A DNA stretch of 64,000 bases, from the NCBI GenBank assembly GCA_950097015.1, contig CATNEN010000027.1, forward strand, positions 186,001 through 250,000. The letters run 5' to 3'. Position 1 is the stretch's first letter. Each line of letters opens with the position of its first letter. Both the position numbers and the translations under genes were made by a program. Positions 1 through 10,301 of this stretch are shown one piece after another. The DNA comes from Macrostomum hystrix. Lineage: Eukaryota > Animalia > Platyhelminthes. The notes under the pieces are model-generated. The model ran no database searches. It saw only the letters and a program-made list of their open reading frames with translations, and was not told where the DNA came from.

Positions 1-183
1 AATACTCTTTCAGATACTTTGTATAGGCCTATCAAAGAGTATTTACTGTTGGCTAGCCATCCTTGTATTTCTATGGTAATTATTGATTTAAAAATATGTT
101 TTCTTTACTTTTCCAGCACATCACTCTTAGTCAATAATTGGTTGTAACTGTGAGTAGCAAGTCTTCTCAAATTGGTGCTCCTG

Positions 184-480
184 ATGTCTTCATTTGTCAA
201 TTTGCCAAAGCCCTCTCAGGTGAAGCCGCCAGACAAAGGCTCATTTCCTCTGGATCACTATGGCGAGTGCAAACAAGAAATGACAGAATACATGCATTGT
301 CTAAAGTTGAATGACAGCGACCAGTCGCAATGCAAGCACCTGTCTAAGAGATATTTTCAGTGTCGCATGGACAACAGACTGATGGCGCGGGAGGATTTAG
401 AATTTCTCGGCTTTCACAATAATCAGCAGCAGCAGCAGCAGCAAAACCCAGTCGGTAGTGCTGCAAAAAAGGACATTTGA
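184..480 (+). CDS. COX19: Cytochrome c oxidase assembly protein COX19 (twin CX9C)
   Basis: ATG at 184 gives MSSFVNLPKPSQVKPPDKGSFPLDHYGEC-x9-C...C-x9-C. PPDKGSFPLDH plus twin CX9C is the COX19 signature. AATAAA near 540. Confidence 0.95.
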   Translation: MSSFVNLPKPSQVKPPDKGSFPLDHYGECKQEMTEYMHCLKLNDSDQSQCKHLSKRYFQCRMDNRLMAREDLEFLGFHNNQQQQQQQNPVGSAAKKDI

Positions 481-597
481 CCGAGCGTGAAAAACACTCT
501 GCATTTTCCGCTAAATAACTATTTAACTTATAGATTTTAAATAAACATTGTTAGTTGTTTTCCCTAAAGTGAAGCAAACTGGATTTTGGGATTACCT

Positions 598-1300
598 CAC
601 CTGAAACAACTGTGGGATTCCCCTTAACTGCAACAGCCTGGACTGTGGGATTCCCCTTAACTGCAACAGCTTGAACAGTGGGATTCCCTCACATGAAACG
701 ACCTGGACTGTCGGGATTCCCCTCAACTGCAACAGCCTGGACTGTGGGATTCCCCTCAACTGAAACAACCTGGACTGTCGGGATTCCCCTCAACTGCAAC
801 AGCCTGGACTGTCGGATTCTCCTCAACTGCAACAGCCTGGACTGTCGAATTCTCCTCAACTGCAACAACCTGGACTGTCGGATTCCCCTCAACTGCAACA
901 ACCTGGACTGTCGGATTCCCCTCAACTGCAACAACCTGGACTGTAGGATTCCCCTCAACTGCAACAACCTGGACTGTCGGATTCTCCTCAACTGCAACAA
1001 CCTGAACTGTCGGATTCTCCTCAACTGCAACAACCTGGACTGTCGGATTCTCCTCAACTGCAACAACCTGGACTGTCGGATTCTCCTCAACTGCAACAAC
1101 CTGGACTGTCGGATTCCCCTGAACTGCAATAACCTGGGCTGTAGGATTCCCTTCAACTGCAACAGCCTGGACTGTGGGATTCCCCTCAACTGCAACAGCC
1201 TGGACTGTGGGATTCCCCTCAACTGCAACAACCTGGACTGTCGGATTCCCCTCAACTGCAACAACCTGGGCTGTAGGATTCCCCCCTACTAAAACAACCT
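598..1300. repeat. 33-bp minisatellite (CTCAACTGCAACAACCTGGACTGTCGGATTCCC)n
   Basis: About 21 tandem units; explains the repetitive ORFs at 678-1304. Confidence 0.95.
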
Positions 1301-1580
1301 GCATTGTGGGATATTCTCTTTTGGTATTCAGGATTGCTGTTTTGGTTGCAGTTTTAAATCCTAGTTTGTGTTAGCGTGATCTATTTAAACAATAATTAAG
1401 ACTGAAAGTATCAATTCATTCTAATAGTTGTTGTGTATTTTAGAACATATGTTTAAGAGATAATCGCATTCTAATATTTATAGTTAGTATTTCATAGGTG
1501 ATATTGCTGCAAAATATATGCGATTTGTCTGTTCGACTTATGCTTTATTCAATTTAGCTCTCTTTTTATTACTTTATATA

Positions 1581-1853
1581 GTAATTACTAATTATAATTG
1601 ATCAACACCTGCCCCAATTCGGCCATGTGCAGCCCACGGCACAGCCGCAGCTATTGCTCGGTGCATCTGAAGGCTGCGTACGCCTGTTCAGTCCATGGAC
1701 TGGGGGGACGCCAAACCCACCCTTAATTACCCCAGCTGATGCTGGTACCCATTTAACAGCTGGGTGAACTGAAGCAATGCAGAGTTAAGTGTCATGCTAA
1801 ATGATACAAATTGTTACAGTTAAGTTGGGAATCGAACCGCCGACCTTCCTCCT
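1581..1853 (-). mobile_element. tRNA-derived CORE-type SINE copy (A box missing)
   Basis: Minus strand reads B box GGTTCGATTCCC (1838-1827), then a CORE-like segment TTTAGCATGACACTTAACTCTGCATTGCTTCAGTTCACCCAGCTGTTAAATGGGTACC, then the tail GCACAT..GGCC.AATTGGGGCAGGTGT and an AT-rich end. Alignable by eye to 30683-30940. Confidence 0.8.
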
Positions 1854-1856
1854 AGG

Positions 1857-1970
1857 AGGGGTTGTAGCCTAGTGGTTAGAGCGTCGGACTTCCCCTCTGT
1901 AGGTCTGAACTTGGCTGAACAGCCGTGCGCAGCCTTTGAGATGCGCCGCGCAATAGCTGCGACCGGTTTT
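1857..1970 (+). mobile_element. Internally deleted SINE copy, head-to-head with the previous one
   Basis: tRNA-like head GGGGTTGTAGCCTAGTGGTTAGAGCGTCGGACTT (A box) joined to the body segment CTGAACAGCCGTGCGCAGCCTTTGAGATGCGCC, which matches 30830-30860. Confidence 0.65.
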
Positions 1971-2080
1971 AGAGTCCATGTGTTTGATGAATAGAGTTTA
2001 TTTTCCTGAATATCTGCAGCCGCTCGCCCCTGAGTCTATGCCTGCACGCAGTCTATGCAATATGCTCGTAGTAGACGAAG

Positions 2081-2776
2081 TGAAGTGTTACAATTTAAAC
2101 TATGCGATTTTTACATCTAGGCGCGATTAGAATATGCAGCTCTCCTGCGCGAGGATGCATTTGCAGGAGCTCTAGGATTAGCCTAAAGACTCCTGCCCTA
2201 TGGCAGCCTTTGGCCGGATGAGTATAAAAGTTCTTGCACTGAGAGAAAGTAAGACCGCCCCCGCTCGCCCGTTCCTTCTTCGCTTGCTATTCAATCTCCT
2301 AGCTAGATCCGATATCTATTAGTCGCTAGCCTTTGCTATCCCTGGCTAACCCATGCAAGATCCAGATAATTAAGAATACCTTATTGAAATTGGAATTGTG
2401 ACTCCTGGAAACTTCACCCAGATCTTACCTTGAACCCTTTTCCATATCTTGGTTACTGACTCAGGATCCGTGAGTAACAATCAAATACTTGTGCTTGGGA
2501 ATTACCTTCTCTCAGTGATTGTAATAATTGTAATAATTTATAGTGAGTTGTCATCTTTTAACTGTTTGCCGTAAGACCAACAAAATATAATCCGATTGAG
2601 AGTATAAGACCGAAAGTGAGTGCAACATCAGGAAAAGATAGTCGATTTTCCACGCCTCCTCATTACTTAGAAATAGCCGTGTACAATTGGCTCTTGTCAA
2701 AGACAACTAGTAAAGATAATAAGAATACTCATTAAACTAGACATTGATAGACCAGAGACGAATCTAAAATATTTCA
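2081..2776 (+). repeat. 5' LTR (696 bp)
   Basis: TGAAG...TTTCA termini, TATAAAA at 2223-2229, AP-1-like TGACTCA at 2457-2463. No mismatch to the 3' LTR found by eye. Confidence 0.97.
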
Positions 2777-2777
2777 C

Positions 2778-2791
2778 TGGTTCCCTGACCG
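2778..2791 (+). promoter_or_regulatory. Primer-binding site complementary to the tRNA-Glu 3' end
   Basis: TGGTTCCCTGACCG lies one base after the LTR. It is the reverse complement of ...CGGTCAGGGAACCA, the 3' end of animal tRNA-Glu(CUC) as I recall it. Confidence 0.85.
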
Positions 2792-3691
2792 TCTTTTCCT
2801 CCATGCACTCACTTTATTTCTACACCATGACTAAATTCATTATGGGCTAATCGCTTAAGGCATGGCTGAGGGGCGTGGGGGGAGTAATCTGGCAATTCCT
2901 TTCTGCAATTAATATTAAATTTTGTCGAGTTCGAAACAATCTTGTGTTCTCCCGTGTTTCACTGCGTCCTCAATGAAATTCGAGGGCCCTCTTAAACCAC
3001 AGTCAGTCAGTCGACTAGAAAGTCGATTATCGATAAATCAGTTTAAATGGAGAAAATAAAGCTTGAGGTGTTGGCGCGCAGATATAAATTAAAATCCTCT
3101 CAAGACTTTTAATAAGTCATAGTCGGCAAAACCTCTTTCTTCAACACCTTTCCGAGTCGTCAAGTTAGGTTTAGATTTCGTTGAATGTATTCAACACTCT
3201 CTAAATAACTTCTCAACTCAAACCATTTCCCTCCAACTCTGCAAGTGTATAGCCTCCCTATTGTTGAAATTTGTTGGAAATTCCTCAAGTCAATTGTTAA
3301 ATCAGACGGCAAGTCTTCTAAACGAAGATTTCTCTACTCCCCCAACGTAGAGAATCCTGCAGGTTGTCTTCTAAAAAGACAATTCTGACTAATATTTTAT
3401 CTTAGACGCTTTCACATATAGAACTTTTAGCAACAAAAAACTTTCTCAAATTAACACGAAATCCTATAGCTACGCATTATCCTCGCTTTTCCGCTGGGAC
3501 AGCGTTTTTTTTTTTCTTTAATCAAACTTCGTTCTCCCGACGCGGCTTTCCGTCGTGTGGTCCATGCATACAAACACGCGCGCTTATTTCCCCAGTGCCT
3601 CCACTCATCAATCAACAAAAAACTTTTTTGGAAAACTTTTTCGCCCAAATTAATTACCAGGCTCGACGCTGCGTTAGGCAAAAAAGCCTTT

Positions 3692-4020
3692 TTCTCATTT
3701 ATTTTCGCAAAAATCCAATTACTTGCCCAGATCTCATTTCCTAGCTGTCAGCCTCACTTTCTCATTTATTTTCGCAAAAATCCAATTACTTGCCCAGATT
3801 TCTCTTCATGTGAGCACAAATCTTATTTCCTAGCTGTCAGCCTCACTTTCTCGTAGATCGATCTCCAAAATCCAATTAACTGCTTTAGCCTTCTTTGCAT
3901 GTGAACTCTACTCCTATCTCCTAGCTGTCAGCCACACTTTCTCGAAGAGCCATCACAAAATCCAATCAACCGCTTCAGCCTCCTTCGCATTTAATCAAAA
4001 ATTTCATTTTCTGGCGGTCA
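3692..4020 (+). repeat. Four diverged 70-95 bp tandem units inside the LTR element, upstream of an internal TATA
   Basis: Recurring AAAATCCAATT...TCCTAGCTGTCAGCCTCACTTTCTC blocks. Confidence 0.8.
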
Positions 4021-4038
4021 ACCGCAATTTCCCGTCAC

Positions 4039-4098
4039 TATAAAAAGCCTTCACCCTCTATTCACAGTCAATACTCTCAAACCTAATTCAACTCAGTC
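4039..4098 (+). promoter_or_regulatory. Putative internal core promoter (TATA plus Inr-like motif)
   Basis: TATAAAA at 4039-4045, ACAGTC at about 4064, TCAGTC at 4093. Precedes ORF 4328-4606. Confidence 0.5.
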
Positions 4099-4327
4099 AC
4101 TCTGCGCTCCTCTGCACTTCGACCTACTTGCTGCATCCTTCGCCGTGTCTGCTGAAGATCTACTGGTGCCATTCTGCTTGACGCCGGCCACTCCACTCTT
4201 CCTCGCTGCCGGAACCTCTAACTGCCAGACACACCTAGTTTGATCGCGGCCCCGTGACTGCCTTCTGATCACATTTCTCTTTTTATCTATATTTCTCGTC
4301 TCACTCTTCTTCCACTTTCTCTCCAAA

Positions 4328-4606
4328 ATGGACAAATCATGTGCTCTACTCAACTTCTACACATACTGGCGTTATCTCTCCCTCTGTCCTAGTTCTCTTG
4401 AACGATTTATTCTTCTCCTAGGTGAGCTCGGTTGGGGTCCCATTCTAGCCGGCATCACTGGTAATCCTCCTCGGAAAGCCATCCTTACTCTTCCCTCTAC
4501 TATCATTCATCTCATTACTCTTTTTTATACCGTTTCTACAGTACTAACTTTATCATTTCTCATTCTTCGTCTGCTTCTTCAACCACTTTTAACCAGACAC
4601 ATCTAA
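4328..4606 (+). CDS. Small hydrophobic accessory ORF of the LTR element (92 aa, putative membrane protein)
   Basis: Good ATG context (AAAATGG), hydrophobic C-terminal half, upstream TATA, AATAAA at 4938. No family recognised. Confidence 0.45.
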   Translation: MDKSCALLNFYTYWRYLSLCPSSLERFILLLGELGWGPILAGITGNPPRKAILTLPSTIIHLITLFYTVSTVLTLSFLILRLLLQPLLTRHI

Positions 4607-5474
4607 CGCTGTAAATATACTTGATATGCTTACAAAATTCTATAAAAAAGCACAAAAATATATACATTTTCATATCATATATAACATTACCTACTTAAGC
4701 TGTATATAATTATTTAACTATCTCTCTCTATGCTTACACACGCCAACGTTTCTATATATATTTCCTCGTTCACAAACGAACATTTATCTAATAGGATGTA
4801 TAATGAAGTTCCGCACTACACAAATTATATATATTGCTTTCCTTTGAACATATCCTCTTGTAAATACATCTTTTCATACGTAACGACATGTGTATACCTG
4901 TCTTAATACTTATACTTTCTATAAAAGTGGTAAAAAGAATAAAAACATATAAAACTCAAAAAAATAACAAAAATATATTACCATCTAACTTGTCTTCGTT
5001 TATAACGTGAATATATATATATAACCAAAAAACTAAAAATCACAAAATCAAAAAGCAAATAAAAATAGCAATATTAGAAAACAAAATAAAAGCAGTAATC
5101 TAGAAAGCGTCTAATGATATAAATATTCCTACAAAAATCCCTCCTCGCTATTACACTTTGCATTCTTTGCCTGACTCCAAAACCACGTGGTACCTATTTG
5201 TTAATTAATTATTCGCCGTGCTGATTCAATCTGAACGGAGAACACATTCCCCACTCAGACGCAGATGAACACGTTTAAATAAAAGCCGCATTACTTATTC
5301 TGAATCCCCAAAATTGCCAGAACTCCGGACCACGTGCCCGAAAGCCGTTGCCTGTTGCGACAAACCCTCTTCTTACTACTCGCAGTAACCAATACTTGCT
5401 TCACTATCAAGTTCTTACTCCGCCTTATTCGAATCTTGTTTTGCATTCAACTCCACAAGAGAGTTTAAAAGTAC

Positions 5475-8400
5475 ATGAATTTATTGCCTAGTTATACTCG
5501 CTCTGGAAGAAATTATCAATCATTGAAATTGGAGGACCCACAGCAATCTCAAATACCGAATCAGTCCATAGACCCTGATTCTATAGTTGAGGACAATCCA
5601 AACGGCACAAACCCCTCCGTCTTGTCCACACCTCAGAATAGAACTGTTACAGGCGCATCAACTTCCGTCACTTTTGGAGACTTACCGTCATACAGAGACA
5701 GTACATTACAAGGTCCACCACTCGCTTCCGTCGATAGTGACAACGACACGTCTGAGGACCAGAGAGACCTGGAAGATAACGACGATCAAAACGTCCAAGT
5801 CCCAAACATGGAAGAAGCCGCAGCAGCTTTACGACAATTTACTGACACAATGAACCGAGCTATGGGCACCGGCGCTGAACAACCGGTGTCAGCGACGGTT
5901 CTCGCTGAGGTCCGCAATTGTGTCAAAGGCATCAATCAGATGCATGACTTCCCGACTTTTGTAGCCGAATTCGACCTGGCTGCCCGAACTTTTGGATTAT
6001 CGAATACCACCAAAATTCGCATATTTCCACGACTACTGGACGACTTACTCAAGCTCGAATTTGGAAGGCTCGATGCCCAGACTCAAAATTCGTTCCCCGA
6101 TACTATTCGAGCTCTCACGGAACGCCTACGAGAGATTTCTATCGGCTCGACACTAACATTACATAATGCAACATCTCGTAAACAACAGCCAGGCGAACCA
6201 TTCCTACAGTACTTTACTGATTTACGCCGGAAAATGCGTGCTACCTTACCGGCTATAGCACCTATATATGCCGAGGGTACTGAACCCGAAACCCCTCCTA
6301 CGAACTTGGGAGCAATGCAACAACGCGACAGAGACTTTACCACCACCTTTGTCGCTACAGTCATCAACAATTCACTGCCTTACCTGCGGTCAGACCTGCT
6401 TAAGCGCAACATTTCCTCTGAGGCAGAACTGCTCAACAAGGCCTTGAGAATTGAACAGACTCGCGACTCCACTCTGGACTCGGACGAGTCTGACATTAAA
6501 AAATTGACTGAACGACTTAATGCTCTCTTGAATACCACCCAAGAGTCTAATGAACAGTTATTGGCTACATTGAATCGCACTGCCAGGAAGTCGCAGCACA
6601 CACGTCCGGAAGTCAAGACCTGCTACACTTGTGGTAAAATCGGTCACACATCCGCACGGTGTTGGGCAGGAAGTGGACCTACAACTCAGCAGGATGACAG
6701 ATATCGACACCAAAATCGCCAGCCGATGAACACTTATGAGACGGCAAACTTACCTGGAGCGGCCATCCGACAAAAATTTCAAGGTTACACACCCCAGGGA
6801 CAAGGCCATGGTAACCAGTATCGCAGTCCACAGTGGCAGCCAGACAGGGGTTGCAGCTATTGCAGACACCCTGGCCACATCATCGATGTCTGCCGAAAAC
6901 GCATGGCACAAAGCCAACCACGTTATTCACCGCCTTATACACAGCCCTGGCGACACAACAATCAACACATGCGACACAATATCCGAACGATCACAGTGCC
7001 ACACTATGAGGATCAACAAGAGTCTGAATGGCATCACCGCGACCACCCCGCGTCGCTTATGACACTTCAGTCTACGGATGACCCAACCCCGGATGACGGA
7101 CGAATCTATAGGTTCACTGGCGATTCTAGACAGTTAGAAAACTTACTGCACAATCAAGACCCTAAACCTGCTCAGATTAACACACTCCGATTGGTATCAC
7201 TTCCGACCGAACACACAACCAACGGCGTGGCCACTGTTAAGCTTGTTGTCAGCAATAGCACGACTCAGACCGAGCCGCGACAGACTCCGTTAGCTCCGCC
7301 ATCACCACCGCCAACTTCGCCTCCGTCTCCCCCTGTATCGACTGTCTCCGTCGGAGTTGGCGATTTCGACGTTCGCATAGTCGCTGAGCAACATACAGAG
7401 CGGCCAACTTCAACCAAGTCCTGCAGCCCAGATATCGCCGCAATCGTCATGTCCTCAGCTGAGTGCCGCGTGCTGAAACTAATCGACACCGGGTCGAATT
7501 TGTCCATACATACGCACGACACGTCTACGCAGGATTCCGGATTATTATTTGATAAGCAGCCGCAAGAACAGGCGACCAGGAAATCTTCATCGACCACCTT
7601 ATCGAGCAATTACTGTTGCCAGCAATCTATTCAGCAGCAGCACCAACAGCAGCAGCAGAACCAGAACCAGGAAACTGAACTACTCCACCAGCAACAGTTG
7701 GATCAAATCGAACGCGAGCATGTGACCATCGTAAATGAACTCCGATCAATTATTACTGAACTGGAGACTCAGTTGAGCACTTATCAGACTACGGTGATCG
7801 AACTACAGCAGTCCGCCACTTCGGCCAAGTCAATTCGTCGACGCAACGTTGGCTTAATTGTGAAGCCGTCCTGCCACGACGTCGATATCAACTTCGTCGC
7901 CGAGGAGGCCAAGCTGGCTCAGCGGTTCGTTGGAATCAGCGTGGAACTTCAACCAACGCCGCCAACACCGCCGCCTCTACCGCCACCGCCACCATCACAG
8001 TCCGATACTAAGATTGGCACATGTCCACTGCCTCCACCATCACCTCCTGTGGAGTTGCAAATGGAAGCGTTAGTTCCGCCACAAGGAAGACGACCAAAGC
8101 CACCACCTCCACCTATCCCACAGTGGCCAGCTTCCTACGCTTGCGCCATCAAACATGCCATCACCGCAACAATGATCCAGCTACGGTGCCAAGGCACACG
8201 ACAGACGCGCTACAAATGCACAGCACTCATTGACAGTGGCGCCTCGATCTCCTGCATTTCCTCTGAATTCGCAAGAAAACTCGGCACTCCAATACAGAAC
8301 ACCAATTTAAGCGCAGTTTGCGCAGGAGGACAACAGCTTTCACTCAATCAGAAAACTACTCTTAAATTGGAGATCGGACGACAAGAACATTCAATAACCG

Positions 8401-8591
8401 CCTTTGTATTGGACTCCACATTGCCAGACTATGACCTCCTCCTGGGAGTAGAAACCTTTAAAACACTTGGAATCCCACTACGGTTTGACTACTCCAAGGC
8501 GATCGCCACACTCGGCAATGAAGAATTTGCCCTGATTAATTCACTCACACCTCAGAGTGAAACATCAGAAATCATGACGAAAAGACAATGA
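5475..8591 (+). CDS. gag: Gag-protease polyprotein (1038 aa)
   Basis: Gag capsid-like region (QQPGEPFLQYF), CCHC knuckles CYTCGKIGHTSARC (6621-6662) and CSYCRHPGHIIDVC (6852-6893), aspartic protease ALIDSGASISCIS...LLLGVETF (catalytic Asp at 8232). Stop follows the protease. Confidence 0.92.
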   Translation: MNLLPSYTRSGRNYQSLKLEDPQQSQIPNQSIDPDSIVEDNPNGTNPSVLSTPQNRTVTGASTSVTFGDLPSYRDSTLQGPPLASVDSDNDTSEDQRDLEDNDDQNVQVPNMEEAAAALRQFTDTMNRAMGTGAEQPVSATVLAEVRNCVKGINQMHDFPTFVAEFDLAARTFGLSNTTKIRIFPRLLDDLLKLEFGRLDAQTQNSFPDTIRALTERLREISIGSTLTLHNATSRKQQPGEPFLQYFTDLRRKMRATLPAIAPIYAEGTEPETPPTNLGAMQQRDRDFTTTFVATVINNSLPYLRSDLLKRNISSEAELLNKALRIEQTRDSTLDSDESDIKKLTERLNALLNTTQESNEQLLATLNRTARKSQHTRPEVKTCYTCGKIGHTSARCWAGSGPTTQQDDRYRHQNRQPMNTYETANLPGAAIRQKFQGYTPQGQGHGNQYRSPQWQPDRGCSYCRHPGHIIDVCRKRMAQSQPRYSPPYTQPWRHNNQHMRHNIRTITVPHYEDQQESEWHHRDHPASLMTLQSTDDPTPDDGRIYRFTGDSRQLENLLHNQDPKPAQINTLRLVSLPTEHTTNGVATVKLVVSNSTTQTEPRQTPLAPPSPPPTSPPSPPVSTVSVGVGDFDVRIVAEQHTERPTSTKSCSPDIAAIVMSSAECRVLKLIDTGSNLSIHTHDTSTQDSGLLFDKQPQEQATRKSSSTTLSSNYCCQQSIQQQHQQQQQNQNQETELLHQQQLDQIEREHVTIVNELRSIITELETQLSTYQTTVIELQQSATSAKSIRRRNVGLIVKPSCHDVDINFVAEEAKLAQRFVGISVELQPTPPTPPPLPPPPPSQSDTKIGTCPLPPPSPPVELQMEALVPPQGRRPKPPPPPIPQWPASYACAIKHAITATMIQLRCQGTRQTRYKCTALIDSGASISCISSEFARKLGTPIQNTNLSAVCAGGQQLSLNQKTTLKLEIGRQEHSITAFVLDSTLPDYDLLLGVETFKTLGIPLRFDYSKAIATLGNEEFALINSLTPQSETSEIMTKRQ

Positions 8592-9400
8592 TGAAGTCTG
8601 CGCAAAAACTCGATCAGTGATCAGCATTCTTTAATACGTAAACATTGCTTTATACGTTACCCACATTTCTATTTCGTTATAATTTAATTCCCTTCTTCAC
8701 CCTTGATGCTTTATATAGAATATCATCACTTTTCCACACCTCTAATATCCGTCTTCTCTAGTACACATTATATGCCTGGATATCACTTTTGTCAATCCAA
8801 AAACACAAAAAACTACAAAAAATACCACTTTTCAATACACATTATTTAGTTTCTCGCTTATCCTATTTCTTTTCATAATTATAGATAATTTTATATATTA
8901 CCTAAACTCGACATGCGGCTTCACCTATATTTATTCGCTACCTTTATTACCTCCTCATACATATGTTACTCAGCTACGACTATTTCGAAGACAGACCTCT
9001 TCTCCTTACACTTGTTCTAAACATTCTTTCCAATATCTTTTCTTTCTGTCCCTTATTCCACATTCGCCTCATTGAGGCTCGACCGTGTGACTAATCTGAT
9101 GACCTGGCGATTGGCTAACCTGATGACCCGAAGTCTCACCGAATACCGCTGAAGCCGACACCGTGGCCTACACTAACACGCTGTCATTCATCCAGCTATC
9201 GACTTCATCCCATACTGTCTTAGCGTTTACACCGACAGCGGCACAAGCGTCTCTCCCATCAATCAAGTCTCTCTGCCCGACTCCTGCAATTGCGATCTCT
9301 CGTGTCCGACACGAAGCAGAAACAGAAGCCTCATTTCAACGTGGTGGCCCTGAGAAGGGCCGTTTTAACGTTCACAATGGGCTAACATCATACTGTGCAG

Positions 9401-9679
9401 TCAACAGAGCGACCCCGCAGCGAAATCGGCACCGTCTAGAGCAACTGCCGGACTAACCGACCGCTGCTCTGGATGATGGGTATTTCGCCGTGGATATCGA
9501 CATCTGCAGCCACAGCAGATGCACACCCACACAACCAGACTGACTAAGATGAAGGCGCCTAACAGCGCCCACAGGCTAATCAGCTGCCACTCGACGATCT
9601 GCAGTCGCTTGTCGAGACGCTCGACCTGAACACCGAGATCTGTTAAAAGCCAGCGCAGATTTGAAATTTGGTCTTGCAT
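9401..9679 (-). CDS. Antisense small transmembrane protein of the LTR element (92 aa; heptad-TM-Cys cluster-basic)
   Basis: Heptad-like N-terminus, TM LISLWALLGAFILVSLVVWVCIC, then CCGCRCRYPRR. GC-rich island in AT-rich DNA. Minus-strand TATAAA at 9768-9763 and AATAAA at 8948-8943. Confidence 0.6.
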   Translation of the reverse strand: MQDQISNLRWLLTDLGVQVERLDKRLQIVEWQLISLWALLGAFILVSLVVWVCICCGCRCRYPRRNTHHPEQRSVSPAVALDGADFAAGSLC

Positions 9680-10288
9680 TGCCAGTTGAGAAACAGTTTA
9701 ACTTTTAGAAACTCGCTAGAAGTCAAATGTTGCACGCATAGAGCCCCACGTTTTTCTGTCCCTTTATATCACTTTTCGTCGCTTTAATCCAAACCTCTCC
9801 TTTCCTTTACTTTCTAACTCAATAAACTTAACTGGACATGTACATTACTCGCGCACATAGTCTATGGCACTTCTCTGCGCTTCGCTTTATCTCTACCCCA
9901 CTCCCTTTGTGCACCCTCCTTGACCCTGTCTAAGGTCTTGTATATGCCACTTGTTTTGACACTCCTAATCGATCGTGTTTTTCTATCATATTCTTATACC
10001 AACTATGCATATAACCTTTACACGCCATCTCACATTTTTATACCTCCTACAAGTGTTATCAAAAGCTAGACTTCGAAATCAATTGTCAATTGTTAGGACA
10101 TTTTCAATTCTTATTTCTCAAACTCGCACTATTTATACTGTACAGTTTTTTTCGCGCTTTATCATTTTCTTTAAATCTGTTTCCGAATGCCTCTTATACC
10201 GTCATCTTTTACCCCCACAAATGTTAATCAACCTCCTATAATATCTAACATATTGTTATCTATGAGCTCGGAGGACCTTCGCTTCTGT

Positions 10289-10297
10289 AAAAAAGGG
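10289..10297 (+). promoter_or_regulatory. Short polypurine tract
   Basis: AAAAAAGGG four bases before the 3' LTR, preceded by CTCGGAGGACC, which resembles a Gypsy 3' motif. Confidence 0.65.
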
Positions 10298-10301
10298 CTA
10301 A

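Noticed and set aside
678-1304. Long Cys/Leu-rich or Val-rich ORFs, and similar ORFs over 33306-33986, 35237-41519, 47557-48231, 50366-56739 and 61458-62331
   Set aside because: They are read-throughs of tandem repeats that lack stop codons, open in several frames and on both strands. Many lie inside introns of well-supported genes.
1857-1905. tRNA-like sequence
   Set aside because: Only the 5' half is present (no T arm or acceptor 3' strand), and it is fused to SINE body sequence.
9095-9165. Two CTGATGA motifs and a CTGA inside the LTR element (box C/D snoRNA or hammerhead-like)
   Set aside because: There is no terminal stem, the D' and C' boxes would overlap, and there is no GAAA hammerhead core. 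A short direct repeat explains it better.
8592-10288. Searched for frameshifted RT/RNase H/integrase after the Gag-PR stop
   Set aside because: No YxDD, RNase H or HHCC/DDE motifs seen in any listed ORF or by eye. The region is AT-rich except for the antisense ORF island. A profile search is still needed to exclude very decayed remnants.
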